From: Yuukianura sp. NJ FZ-2021
Lineage: Eukaryota
Direction of reading: 5' to 3'
Assembly (NCBI GenBank): GCA_046563655.1
Contig: CM102286.1
Span: 4,030,001-4,094,000 of the forward strand
DNA: 64,000 nucleotides
Made by a program: the position numbers and the translations under genes. Positions 1 to 13,941 of the stretch are shown one piece after another (positions within the stretch are counted from its first letter, which is position 1; every line of letters starts with the position of its first letter). The notes under the pieces were generated by a model. It saw nothing but the letters and a program-made list of their open reading frames with translations, had not been told where the DNA came from and did no database searches.

Positions 1-2082
1 ACTGCTTCTGCGCCCAACGAAGTAATCAGTTGCGTTCCATTAATCAGAGCCAAACCTTCCTTGGCTTCCAATTTAATTGGAGTTAGGTTATGGGCTTCCA
101 GGACCTACGTTTTCCAAAATATTTTAAAATCCTAAAATTGTAAAATGTTTAAAAATAATATGTAAAAAATGGTCAAGTTTTCTAACATATTTTGCTTCTC
201 CCCATCCTGTTTCGGGACTCCACATTTTTCCTTCGCCCATTAATCCCAATGCCAAATGGGCCAACGGCGCCAAGTCACCACTGGCACCTACTGTGCCTTG
301 TGCTGGCACCCATGGGAGACAAGACGCTACGAAAAATAGGCAAATCAAAATAGTAATACTTGCAAGTATATTGATTCACAGTGTATCTTTGATAATGCAA
401 ATAATGTTTGTTTAAAATAAATTAATGAAGAACCATTGAAAGCGTCAATTAGTTGATGTAGAGTCTTGAGTTGAATTCCACTGTAACCCTTGGCGAGAAC
501 ATTAATGCGAAGAGCCAGGAGCATGCGCGTCTTCTTGGGAGACAATGGTGGTCCAACGCCAGCAGAATGAGAACGAATTAAGTTAACCTGCAGTTCACTA
601 GAAAAAGTTTTAAAAAAAATTACAGACCAGAAAAGAAACTCAACATTTTCTAACGTTTGAAATTTGTGAGATGCTTACACAAGCTTTTCCTTTTCAATTA
701 CTGTTCGTGCGAATTTTCCAAAACCGGTTGTAATTCCATAAACAACTGAAAGTAATCAAAATGTACTAAATTTCATATGCGGTACCTTTTGTTTGTGCAT
801 CAAATTTACATGTAAATATAACTAATGTTTTTGGACAAATTTTACCTTTGCTTTCAGTCAAAATTTTTTCGACTAAATTTCTGGAGGCCGTTACAAGGCT
901 TTCGGATTCTGTGCTTAGCTTTGGTTTGCCAAAAATATCTTAATTAGAATATTAATTTCAATAAACTGAAATTTATTATATACCAGTCACCTTAATTTTA
1001 TATCGGCCTTTTCCTAGTTGCCTTAAATCATCTGTTGAAAGACTGTTGCCGTCCATTTTCAAGTACTGACACATGGGAAACACAATTATTTGTATTCGTT
1101 GCTGACTTATGTGGTACAAATTAGAAAAAAAAGTTACCTCAGTCGGCTGCTGGAAATTCTTCACTCTGTGGAAGCCACTTTTTAAAATATAGTTTTGGGC
1201 CTAACTTCGTTTTAGTAGAAAGTTAACTTTGCTTACACTTGTTCCGGTACAAACATAATTTCTGTTGAAGCCAACCCTGGATCTGGCCAATCACTTTCCA
1301 GAACTGTAATAAGCAATAAAACGACACAAAATGTCAAATTTTTCAAGCCGCGAAAACATAATGTAAACGTCGTTATACTTAACGAGCAACACATATATTT
1401 CGTTCTATTCAAACACAAAGAATAACGCGAGTTCAATTAGCCGCCTTCATATTTTTTCGTTCATTTTTCGCGGAAAATTTAAACACTCCACTCCCACTTG
1501 CTCATATTGTACATATTGACTACGTTTCTCACATTCCCCCAACTCAAACGCCATTCTCTTAATGCCAATTTTAAATATGGTGGTTGGAGGACAAAATACG
1601 TAATACCGAAAACTAATGCGCGGCATAATCACTGTTAGTAAAAACTTTATACAACCGAAAATATATAATATGTTAATGTTAATGCTCACCAACGGAGACA
1701 AAGTCATTGTCATCGAGCACTTCGTTGATGATGTCCTGTGGATCCAAAATGGCCCCGCCGCGCGTTTTCCGAATTTCCGAAACAACTTCCTTCCGACTCG
1801 GCGCATGCTTGCTTGTCTTTAGCTTAAGGTATCGCTTCAGCGCCTCTTCGCCCAACCACCGGATGACCCCCTTTCCTAATGACAAAAAAAAATATTTTGA
1901 TGCTAAATACTAACAAAATCACTAAATTTTTTAATTACAGGAAAGGAAATAAGTACCAACCATCTTTGCATGGAATCTGAAGCCATTCATCACGTACCTA
2001 AGAAACAATAGTCAGAAAAATAGAATTAATTGATATTAAAATTAACCCTAACTCAACATCTTACCCGAGCCGAGATTTTCAT
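1..2082 (-). CDS. HAL: Histidine ammonia-lyase (histidase), 5' portion; runs off the left edge of the window
   Basis: Phase-consistent GT-AG exons 2082-2065, 1997-1961, 1875-1690, 1303-1237, 1165-1138, 1065-991, 918-846, 745-679, 597-434, 326-187, 104-<1. Translation includes [19 protein letters not shown] and [23 protein letters not shown] (Par3/HAL N-terminal domain), [35 protein letters not shown] (MIO-forming ASG) and [11 protein letters not shown]. Confidence 0.97.
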
Positions 2083-3731
2083 TATTATACTAAAATTTTA
2101 AAAACAGTAAAATAATACTAAAAATTATATAAGCTAGCCCTAGTATTTGTCACAAATACTTCTGGACACCAGCTTTCTTTGAGTGTCGAACTTGTGCCAA
2201 TTTTGTTCTATACGCTGTCTTCGACGTCTCCACGTTATCTCAGAACACGCCAAGCGGATTTCGTCACTTTATTAACTAATCAGTGCCTTTGAAAAGTCAC
2301 TCCTCCTGACCCTTCACCTTGCCCTCAAGGTCATACTTTATCCTGCCCTAAAATGGCAATTTATATGTCGCTGTCCTCAAAAAAATTATTTGGCTCATGT
2401 TAACTCAAGCTTAGTTTCTTGAAAGTACGAAAGAATTCTTCCAGATACAGCCGCTGCCTCATCTACTAAAGCTTCGCTAAATACTCCTTTTAAACATCAA
2501 TTCCATCAATTCATGTTAATGGTTTAGTTGACATGAACTCCAGCTCATGGTTTTTCAACCGTGTCAATGTTTATCTGAGCAAGATTTCGCAACTGCTTCA
2601 TTTCCACTGATTTTTCCTTGTTAAACACTTTCAATGAGTAGAAATTATGACGAAAGCTTTAGTAATTATACTTAAAGAATAGTAATTAGCAGTATTTTAA
2701 AATATCCAACCTGAAAAATAGTTGTAGTTTGCAAATCTGCTAACACATCCTTTTTTGTTTGTAGCAAGCATATCAAAAACATATTTCATTTTTAAAAAGT
2801 TCTAAATAATAAAACGTTTCCTACAAACGGTTTTGAAATGCCTTGTGAAAGCTGTTTATGGAATGCTATTAACTTAGAACGGGAAATAAGAAATGGAACT
2901 AATTTTAAATTCTTAAGATTAAATGGCTTAAATTCTTATGCTAAGCTACTGCAACTACTATAACTCTTTTAGAATGTCATCCATTTTAAAAATGCATTAA
3001 ATTTCGCCGAATTGAATTGTACGCCGAAATCTCCGTGGTCATCTAAACTTTTATTATCATCATCGATTCTAAAACTAGATTCGTTGTAGTTGCTGAATAA
3101 ATTAATAACTGAACAGGATTAGTTGACAATTGATGTCAACTTTTGTTTCACCTGGCAGGTCACTTTTCATTTCAGAATGAAGAATCCGATTTTGCCCATA
3201 CATATGCGAAATGGGTTGGTAATGTGTGAGTAACTCCTTGTTGGACAAAGATATTTACGTTTGGATTTGAATGGTGATTTGATTACGTTACGTTTTCCAC
3301 TTGTGGTGACGGATAATTTCTTGTTTGAATTTGTTTACATTCTTCATTTAATCAGTCGCTAATCTTCCTACTGGAAGAGTAAAAGTTAATTCGTTCTTGC
3401 TTGATTCGAGAAGTATAGTGTAGTAATCCCAAAGTAAAGGGAAATTCGTTCGTGAATCGGGATTAAATATTGTCGAAGTTCAGTGGGGAAGCGGATTAGT
3501 TTAGGCTTTGGGAATGAACTCTGAGGTAGTAAAACGATTTAGAAAATTTAAAAATGCACATAATTTTTAAGCTTAAGTACAGTACAATGTTAATCTAATT
3601 CTAATGGTATAGACGAGCTTGACTTGACTCCGACTCCATGCACTGGAGAAGAGGTGTGGGAAACGACTGATTGTAAATTAATCTAAATTCATTTTTGGTA
3701 TTGTAGGTTTTCGTCTTTTTGGAGATCAAAA

Positions 3732-6700
3732 ATGCCAAAGGGCCGCAAGAAGGAGAACGGAAAGAATAACAAAAAGGAGGAAAAAAATCAACCCAAAATC
3801 ACAGAGTTCTTTAAACAAAGTCGCACAAGTCCGCAGACCGTAATGGACGTTGAGTCCGAACCGAAACGTGGCCGTCCCGTTCTCAGAGGACGCAGAAATC
3901 GTCGCCGTGAAGGGGAAGGAAATCCGCCTGGAATTGTTTTGGACGAAATTACTTTAGATTCGGATGATTCAGACGACAGTGGCTGTACGATGCGTCGAGA
4001 AAATGCATTGATACCAGAGCGCCGAAAAAGCGAAGAAGTCAAAAATAGTACAATTACTTCTTCTACTAGCGGTGTAGTTGATCTGTGCTCACCCAATCGA
4101 GCCCCGAACATGAAAAAATCTCTTGTGGTATCCGAAACCGAAACCGGTAATGACACTGACACTACTAGCTAAACTAAATACTCATTTTACAGTAAAACTA
4201 AAACTAAAATAAATCTAAACGTAACATAAAGAGTATATCTTTATATGACGTCAAAAACTAATTCGAAGAACTGGTTGGTGGACAGGTATTAGCTCTGAAG
4301 ATGAAGATAATTCCGCGAATCCGCAAATACTGAAAGACTCCACTCAACCGCTTTCAGCCCATTCGACCTCAGAGCAACCTACTTCAGCGGAACTAATTCC
4401 AGCCCAAGCTACTCCAGCACAATCGACTTCAGCGCAGCCCACTGTGTTTGCTGTTTTTGATACTTACGAGGAAGCTGCTAAACTGGCGAATACTTTGAAT
4501 AAGACCTATTGCGAATCAATTGCCTTGGAACAAGCAGAAGACCTGGATCCAGATCCATTCGACGATGATGCAAACGATGTATTGTCAAACGTGGATTTAG
4601 ATAAAATAAATGAATCTGCAGCAGTGTCTCCGTATCCAAACTCTACGCCCGTTAAATTAATTGGTCTATCACCAAGTAGCAGTAGTCCGTCACTACTCGA
4701 ATACTCAACCTCTCCTAATCGAATGTCTCCGAAAGCCAAAGTAACTCATCTCTCTCCTGTCCGTCACGCCAGAAAGTCTCCTAAGAAGAACCTCTTTAAG
4801 CTTCCGTTTCCAGCTCCACCAAGAGCACAACAAGCTCAATCACCGGAAGCCGCAGCAGCCAAAACTCCCGTCCAACACATACTCTCGCCGCGTAGCACAA
4901 TTTGCCCAGAACGGAAAGAAATTGAACTGATGGAAAATTTTCTGGAAATTCTCAAGTCCGTGATGTCGGGCAGTGAATTCAACCTATTCACAGCTTCAGA
5001 AGCATCCTTATGCCAAGACTTCCAGAAACTTTCTAAAGGAGCAATGTGTCTGTACTTACGATTGTACCAGAGAAGCCTCGTCTGGTACAGACAAAGCAAG
5101 ATCACCTACACATCCATTGCTGAAGATTTGGCGCCGCTTTTTGCAGAGTTAAATAAGGCTGGCTTTTTATCAGAATTGAAAGGTTTGTGTTATCATCAGT
5201 TGATTTTTAACAAACGTAAGCCAGTAACTGTAAATCTCTTGTTGCAATGACTTCTAGGGGAGCCAGTTTTTCCAAGCTTGGAAACCATGCTTAAGTTTTT
5301 GGACAAGGAAGAAATGAAGCTTTTAGGAAAAGACATGAACTTGAACTGTGCAGCACACAACCGTAAGGGCACTCTCATGACTGAACTACTGAAGATGACC
5401 AAGACACAACGAACGTTATCAAAAACAGATCTTTCTCTGGTTCTAACAAAAAAGTAAGCAACTTACTTTACAGAAATGCTAATACTGATTGTCAGAAAAG
5501 AAAAATTATTAATTTGATTTAGACTCCTGCATCGTCTGGGAAGCACTTTTAAAGTGTCAGACAAGTCCCGAAGTGTGTTTTCACGCGTATTTGTGTTGTA
5601 TTCACTTCCACGGTACTGGGAAGACGAAACGCAATTGGGACCAAACCATTTGCTTACCATGCAAAATGTGAGACAAGCGAAGATGGATTTCCCCATCTAT
5701 CGTATTTCTAAATCAAGAAAAATTTATCGGGACCACGACGATCTTGTTCGGTAACTTATTGCATATAACTCTGGGTGAATTTGAAATATTTGTTCTTTTT
5801 GAACTGTTGTGTTCTCTTTGAATAGATTCTGCGAAGGAATAGCTTTACACTCTCAAATTCAAGCCAGCATCGAAGCTAAAGACTGGGCAGCAGTTTCGTC
5901 AATTCTGCAAAATGTTTTGCACAAACTTTCAGCTGCCATCACTCCCGAGACAATCGAACACGATGAAAATCTACCTTCTTTTCTTCGTATTTACACAGCA
6001 GGAAGCGTACTGACAAGAGCCGCTTGGCTCGGCGTGGAAGCTTATCAAAAGTTGAAGCGATTTGAGGAAGCAAACAAAGTAGTTCGCCTTTTGTTGACTC
6101 AGCACTCGAAAATCTATTTGACACATTACCGTGGAAGATGGCACGAGAGGTTCATTCTAAATACGAAGCATTTGAAATCAACACTTGAAGAACTGAAGAA
6201 CGCTGTTATTCAAGCGCTTTCAGATAAATTTGTTCTGGAAAGCCATAGACTTAATTTTACTTCCCGGCTTCGAGGAATTCAACAACAAGAACGGAAGGCG
6301 AAAGCAGCTTCAAAGAAAAAACGACGACGACGGGTCATCGACAGTGATGAGGAGGATTTCGATAATTCTAGCACAACCGCTGAGGCTGAACCAATGGACC
6401 AAGATTTAAATGACGATGAAGAAATCAGATTGGCGTATCCAGATTTCCGTATTTTCGAATCAAGCCGACCGATTTCGGAGATAATTGTTGAGGCCGAACA
6501 GCTGAGATTGTAAGCTACAACTAAATTGTAAGTATCTGAAGCAAGCTTTCAAGAGTACTCATTTGTCGTTTTGGTTGTGAAGGGCTGGAGATGGTGAGCG
6601 GGTCTACGGCAAATCGTCGTTTTTAGGCAGAGGCGGTTCTACTCAAAGTATTTCTTCAGTAGAAGAACGGGCTCTTAGTATTTATGCAGAGCGCGGCTAC

Positions 6701-7515
6701 CACTGGGGTAAGTTTGTTTTAATTGATTACTGATTTGTTATGATTTTTTACCTGAAAGTTTGTATTTTAGGTGTTCATGCGGAAGGCTCAGTTCCAGTCA
6801 CTATTTTCGGTTTACTTTTTTGGGATATCATCTACATGGACCAAGACGTTACTGATGTATTTCGATGTCAATTCCAACCTTTTCCACTGGACTTGCATTT
6901 TGACGAGTTTTACATGCATCGTGAACAACTAATCCAGCAACGGTTGCATCAATTACGCTCTACGTGGTGTCTCAACGACGCTTTCCAAATTATGAAGGAC
7001 AACTGGACGAACAATCGCAATAAGCTTAGTGTGGTTAACTGGAACGTTTTTAACTCGTTCGATCAAGTGCAGGTTCGTCCTTTTAATGCACGGATTTTTC
7101 CTACGATGCTGAATTTCAATTGGTATTTTAAAAGTTTTTAGTTTTTAAAACATTTTTATTTTCCAGAGTTTGGTCAAAAGCATGGGGCTTGCTTTAGTTG
7201 CAAACATTACGGAACGTCTCGCCAGTAACTACAGGCATTATAACAGTGGGTTTCCCGATTTGGTGGTTTGGAATGACAAGGAATGCGTGTTCGTCGAAGT
7301 CAAGGGGCCTGGTGACAAGCTGTCCCCGAAGCAAGTGGTGTGGTTGGACTACCTAATGTCGATTGACGCCAAAGCGGAAGTGTGTCGAGTTAATTGTAAG
7401 TAACTATCTCGAGTTAAAACATATGACTGGAGAATTGCCTGACTTATACGTTATACCGTGTTCTCTTGAATTTTATTTAGCTGTTAGCAACAAACGAATC
7501 CGTCTGGAAAACTGA
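3732..7515 (+). CDS. FAN1: Fanconi-associated nuclease 1 (SAP-TPR-VRR_NUC), about 1036 aa
   Basis: Exons 3732-4146, 4286-5182, 5258-5453, 5523-5750, 5826-6509, 6583-6707, 6771-7072, 7167-7395, 7481-7515 total 3111 nt in frame. Motifs: LYLRLYQR..WYR, RGRWHER, SVEERAL..Y...GY.WGVHAEGS, FGLLFWDII, PFPLDL and the nuclease core SGFPDLVVW..VEVKGPGDKLSPKQ. The first intron boundaries are the least certain. Confidence 0.95.
4340..4443 (+). repeat. Degenerate 15-bp coding tandem repeat in FAN1 exon 2 (TSAQP-like pentapeptides)
   Basis: Units such as acttcagcggaacta, attccagcccaagct, actccagcacaatcg, acttcagcgcagccc encode TQPLSAHSTSEQPTSAELIPAQATPAQSTSAQP. Confidence 0.6.
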
Positions 7516-8117
7516 AACCAAAAATTGTGTACACGACGAAGTTCATCTAATGCTGCATAACTAAATAATAAGTTGTCTTTTCCACTTTGTTTCTAAGTTT
7601 CATATTTCACAATTTCTTCATTAGTAGAATAGTAGTCTTACAATTACGAAGTCTATTAACTTCTACATATTGTAGTGCTGTATCCCTTATTAAAGCCACG
7701 AGATATTTTTTCGCGGAAGTTGGTTAAAACCTATAACTTCAATTAATTTTAATTCGACTGATGTAATTTACTCAACAATTTAATTCGACGTCAACGTACT
7801 AATGGGAATCAAAAATAATTTTTGATTTAAATTCTTAATGAATAAATCGTTTAACTTTTGATGCCCAATCGAGAAAACTATGACGTAATGTGGTGGTGTA
7901 GTAAGTGTGCACGGGGATGATGGACAGACCGTGTTCTTGCCTTTGGTTGACTTTGACTCGGCTTCTGCCTTGTGTCCTTTGCAATCTAACGGAGACTGGG
8001 AACGACAGTTCTGAGTTCTGTAGTGCACCGCGTGACATTTCATCTGCTGCAGAGGTCAAGGTCATTGGTTTCCAGGTTCTTCTGAGAAGTGTCCATTTCA
8101 TAGGTCGTGTCATCTGA

Positions 8118-10491
<2,374 letters not shown>

Positions 10492-10554
10492 TGAGAAATT
10501 TCGTGTTTAGTCCTCTTGTTTGCATTAAATTTAAACTTGAACAATGGTTTAATT

Positions 10555-11638
10555 TTACTCTGATTTCTGCACTTTCTTTTTTTTCAAGTAAGCTACGAAG
10601 AAGAATTTGGCAAAGAGGGCAAAGTAGCTAGCGTACATGAGAAGAGCATAGTAGACATGGCTTGTTTCAGTGGAACATGAACGCCCAAAATATTTTGCAA
10701 GTAAGATGTACAAATTTACTCCAAGGCCGCCGACCATTTGGAGCAGTTGGAGTGCCGTGATGGACATCGCCAGGCGTTTTGGTATCTTTACTTGCATTGC
10801 CTTTAGGGAAAAACATACCAAGCATTTTCAAATTTACGACAATTTTTAGTATTCCTAACCACAATTTGAGTTATTCAAGTGTTCTGCGTACCTTAAGAGC
10901 ATAGTAGGAGTACATCAAGGAATGGACGCCATAGTTCATCACTCCAAACCAAACAGTTGAAGAATTGACAGCACTGGCGGTAAGCCAAACATAGCAGAGA
11001 ACAGTAACATGATGGTAGTAATGCAAGAAAATCAAAGGCTGCTTCCGGAGAACAATGAACAGCGTGTCACCAAGTTCAACAATTTTGCTCAATCCGAAAG
11101 CCGTACCCCAGAACATGGTGGCAGCATTTCGAGTATCGCTGAAATTTTCAAGACAAACAAAAATTTACATCTATTTAGTCCTCTTGTAGCTAATTGTGTC
11201 TTACGTTCTGCAGATTGTAGTGTAGAGACCATCGTCTTGACTCAAGTCAGTCAGAAATCCTGGAAGGCATCGTAGGAACCCAAGGATACTGAATACTGCC
11301 AGGCCAGTATTCCAGAAGAAAAGTGTTTTGCGGAGGTTGAATGGTGTGCGGTTTTTGAGAAGATGCTTGATTCCAAAAATTGTGAACAAGTAAACTACGC
11401 TGGCGATGACAGCGACATGCTCGTTGTCACCATGCCACTTGATCCAGAAGTTAAAATCAACTCGCTTTTCGATCTCCCAGATTTGCATGAAATCGGAGTC
11501 TCTGCTGACTCCATCTTTTGGATAAGACTCTAGTCCAGGTCTGTCCAGAATCCTGCTGGATCCATTTTCTGGAAAGCTGGATAGTACTGGTGATGATGTG
11601 ATGATGGTGGAATTGAGTGGTGCTTGAAGACACTCCAT
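10555..11638 (-). CDS. Very-long-chain fatty acid elongase (ELO/GNS1/SUR4 family, ELOVL6-like), about 308 aa
   Basis: Exons 11638-11205, 11138-10892, 10800-10555 (927 nt). SKIVELGDTLFIVLRK, histidine box FLHYYHH, MNYGVHSLMYSYY, ITALQLLQM, YASYFALFAKFF and a Lys-rich C-terminus KKKKVQKSE. The start is taken at the first in-frame ATG; an upstream exon is possible. Confidence 0.95.
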
Positions 11639-13007
11639 GTTGGCTGGCTTCTGCGCACTTCCAAAAAGATGGCTCAACCAAACCCTCAAAATTTCGACTG
11701 CGTCGGTTCTAAATTGAAGGAACTGGCTTTTATTGGAAGACAAGTCTAAGGTTAGAGTAAACCAAATTGGATTGACTTACGAGTCGTAAGTTACGACACT
11801 CCAGCACTAAACGCCCTCCAGCCTTGATTCTTATTAAACTTACTTGCTGCGGGAATGCAGTGGCGAAATTTTTGCTTTCCCACATCCTATAACAACTCAA
11901 TTCACACGGATGTAAGTTTCGTTGCCAAGGATTTATGGGGTAAGTTTTATTCAAAATTTTGCGAAACGATGCTTGAATTTCTTTTCAAACTTTATTATCC
12001 TGTTTTACTCAACTGCTTTGCCTTTTTAAATTGCTTTAGATTTGCGATTTTTTTTTACATTTACCAAATGAAAGAATTGAAGTGTAAGGTAGTAGAAAGT
12101 TTCACAACACGCCGGAATCAGGAAGCTAAATAAGTCAATTAACAACGCTTTTTTTTTCTAAATAAAAGGCTTCTTGGTAGAAGTTTTTTTTTACTTTGGC
12201 CAGTAAAATTGTTAAATTATTCAAGTAAAAATTTCCCCATAATTTCCATCACGTAACTAACTTCCAGCAATTGCGGAGTTCCGAATTTCGAAACTCTTCT
12301 TTTCTCACTCGTCTAAAATAATTTGAATGATTTCGTACAATTTAACATTTTTTTTACTTACTTTCCGGTGTGAGCAACAAAGTTCATGGTTATTTTTTAT
12401 CTTTGTTTTTTTCGCAATAATCGTTTAGACGTTGGGAATTGTTTCGACAAAGTTTTTTTTTGTACGGGTCAACGTAAGATTACTCGAATTAAATTTTTAT
12501 CTTAGCTACCATCTGCGAGAATTTTAGTGAGCAGGCACAGGCTATATTTTAAAGTAAAATTCATCACCAAACAACGGACGGAACTGTGAACTGGACGGAA
12601 CTGTGTAATGCCGTTTTTCATTAAGTTGGAAAGTTTTTTTCCTCAGGCTTTTCTGTTTAAAAGCGGTCATTATTCACGAATCAACTAAAATTTGACTTCA
12701 CGGTAACACAGCAGAATGGCAGATTTCAAATTGGACTTCTGCATTCCACAAGTTCGCTTTCTACCGTTTAAATCCAATGACTAAAAAACTCAGGATGACG
12801 CCTGTCAAAAGTAAAGTGACTAATATTTTATTCGAAATTGGGTACACGAACGTTATTGATATGCAAGTGTAAAAAGTCATTGCGCAAATGTAGGACATTC
12901 TTAAGGCAGCTAATTACATTGCATATTCAATCTTATTTACATTGCATATTCAATTTATAAATGTCATTCTTTCGTTGCATCCCAGAGTGAAAGTGAAGCC
13001 CTTACTG

Positions 13008-13014
13008 TATAAAA
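13008..13014 (+). promoter_or_regulatory. TATA box of the diapausin-like gene
   Basis: TATAAAA about 65 nt upstream of ATG 13076. Confidence 0.6.
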
Positions 13015-13075
13015 GACGACAGAGAATGCCTAGAATGATGCAAGAACTATCGTACACTTCGACTAAACAGTGAGC

Positions 13076-13359
13076 ATGGAGTCGTTGTCCAACCGAGTTT
13101 GTGTCGTGCTTGTTTTACTTGTAATTTTAGGTAAATTGTGTCAAAAATTTGAAAATTTTGAATTTTGTTGGATTTTATTTGGGAAATTTTTAATGCAGGA
13201 TTGTCCTCATCAGTGGATGGGATTTTTGTGCCGCAGTGTGACTCTGCCTGTCCCCATGCAGAAGCAATTACAAATTGCTGTAACCGATTAGGATATGGAA
13301 AACAAGGACATTTCTGCTACTCTTCTAAAGGTTCAGCCTGGTGCGAGGACAGTTTCTGA
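13076..13359 (+). CDS. Secreted six-cysteine diapausin-like (antifungal) peptide, 71-aa precursor
   Basis: Exons 13076-13130 and 13199-13359 with a phase-1 intron after the signal-peptide core. Protein MESLSNRVCVVLVLLVILGLSSSVDG-IFVPQCDSACPHAEAITNCCNRLGYGKQGHFCYSSKGSAWCEDSF. Spacing C-x3-C-x8-CC-x11-C-x8-C resembles diapausin. Upstream TATA box and downstream AATAAA. Confidence 0.8.
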
Positions 13360-13456
13360 AAACTCATCCGGGTAAAACGCCCACTTCAACGCATGACATT
13401 TCTAATGTTTTGTAGTATAGTAGTTGGCTAACACGTACTTAAGATAAACAGTCCGA

Positions 13457-13462
13457 AATAAA
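13457..13462 (+). terminator. Putative polyadenylation signal of the diapausin-like gene
   Basis: AATAAA about 100 nt after the stop codon at 13359. Confidence 0.5.
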
Positions 13463-13941
13463 ACTTCTTTCGATTCAAACACAAAAAATTATTAAAGTTG
13501 ACGAATGAAGACGTGGCACAAAGACAAATGCATCTTTATTATAGCAACTTTTGCTCTGTCATTCAGTCTATAGCATATTGCACTGGAAGTTGATTTTAAA
13601 GTTTGGTAGATTTCAAAAAATTTCAAAATGTTTGGTAAAATATGGGTTGATAGACGGAAATACAAATTTCAATTCGTTGACATTGAAGGAAGAAGCAAGA
13701 TTTAAGTTGAAAGAAGCCTTTTAGCTGTATCTTTTGTAAAAATATTGTAAGCTCTTTTTTAAAAACACATTTTACACATTTTTTAAAATATCGCTTGTAA
13801 ATCAACGCAATACTTTCATTTCTAAGTTTATTTGGAAACATGTAGCACATTATTTGGAATTCCTTATTGCAGCATTTGGATAAAAAAATACTAGTTCCGG
13901 CACTTTTATGAAAAACCTGGCTTGATTTGAAGCTAACAAAC

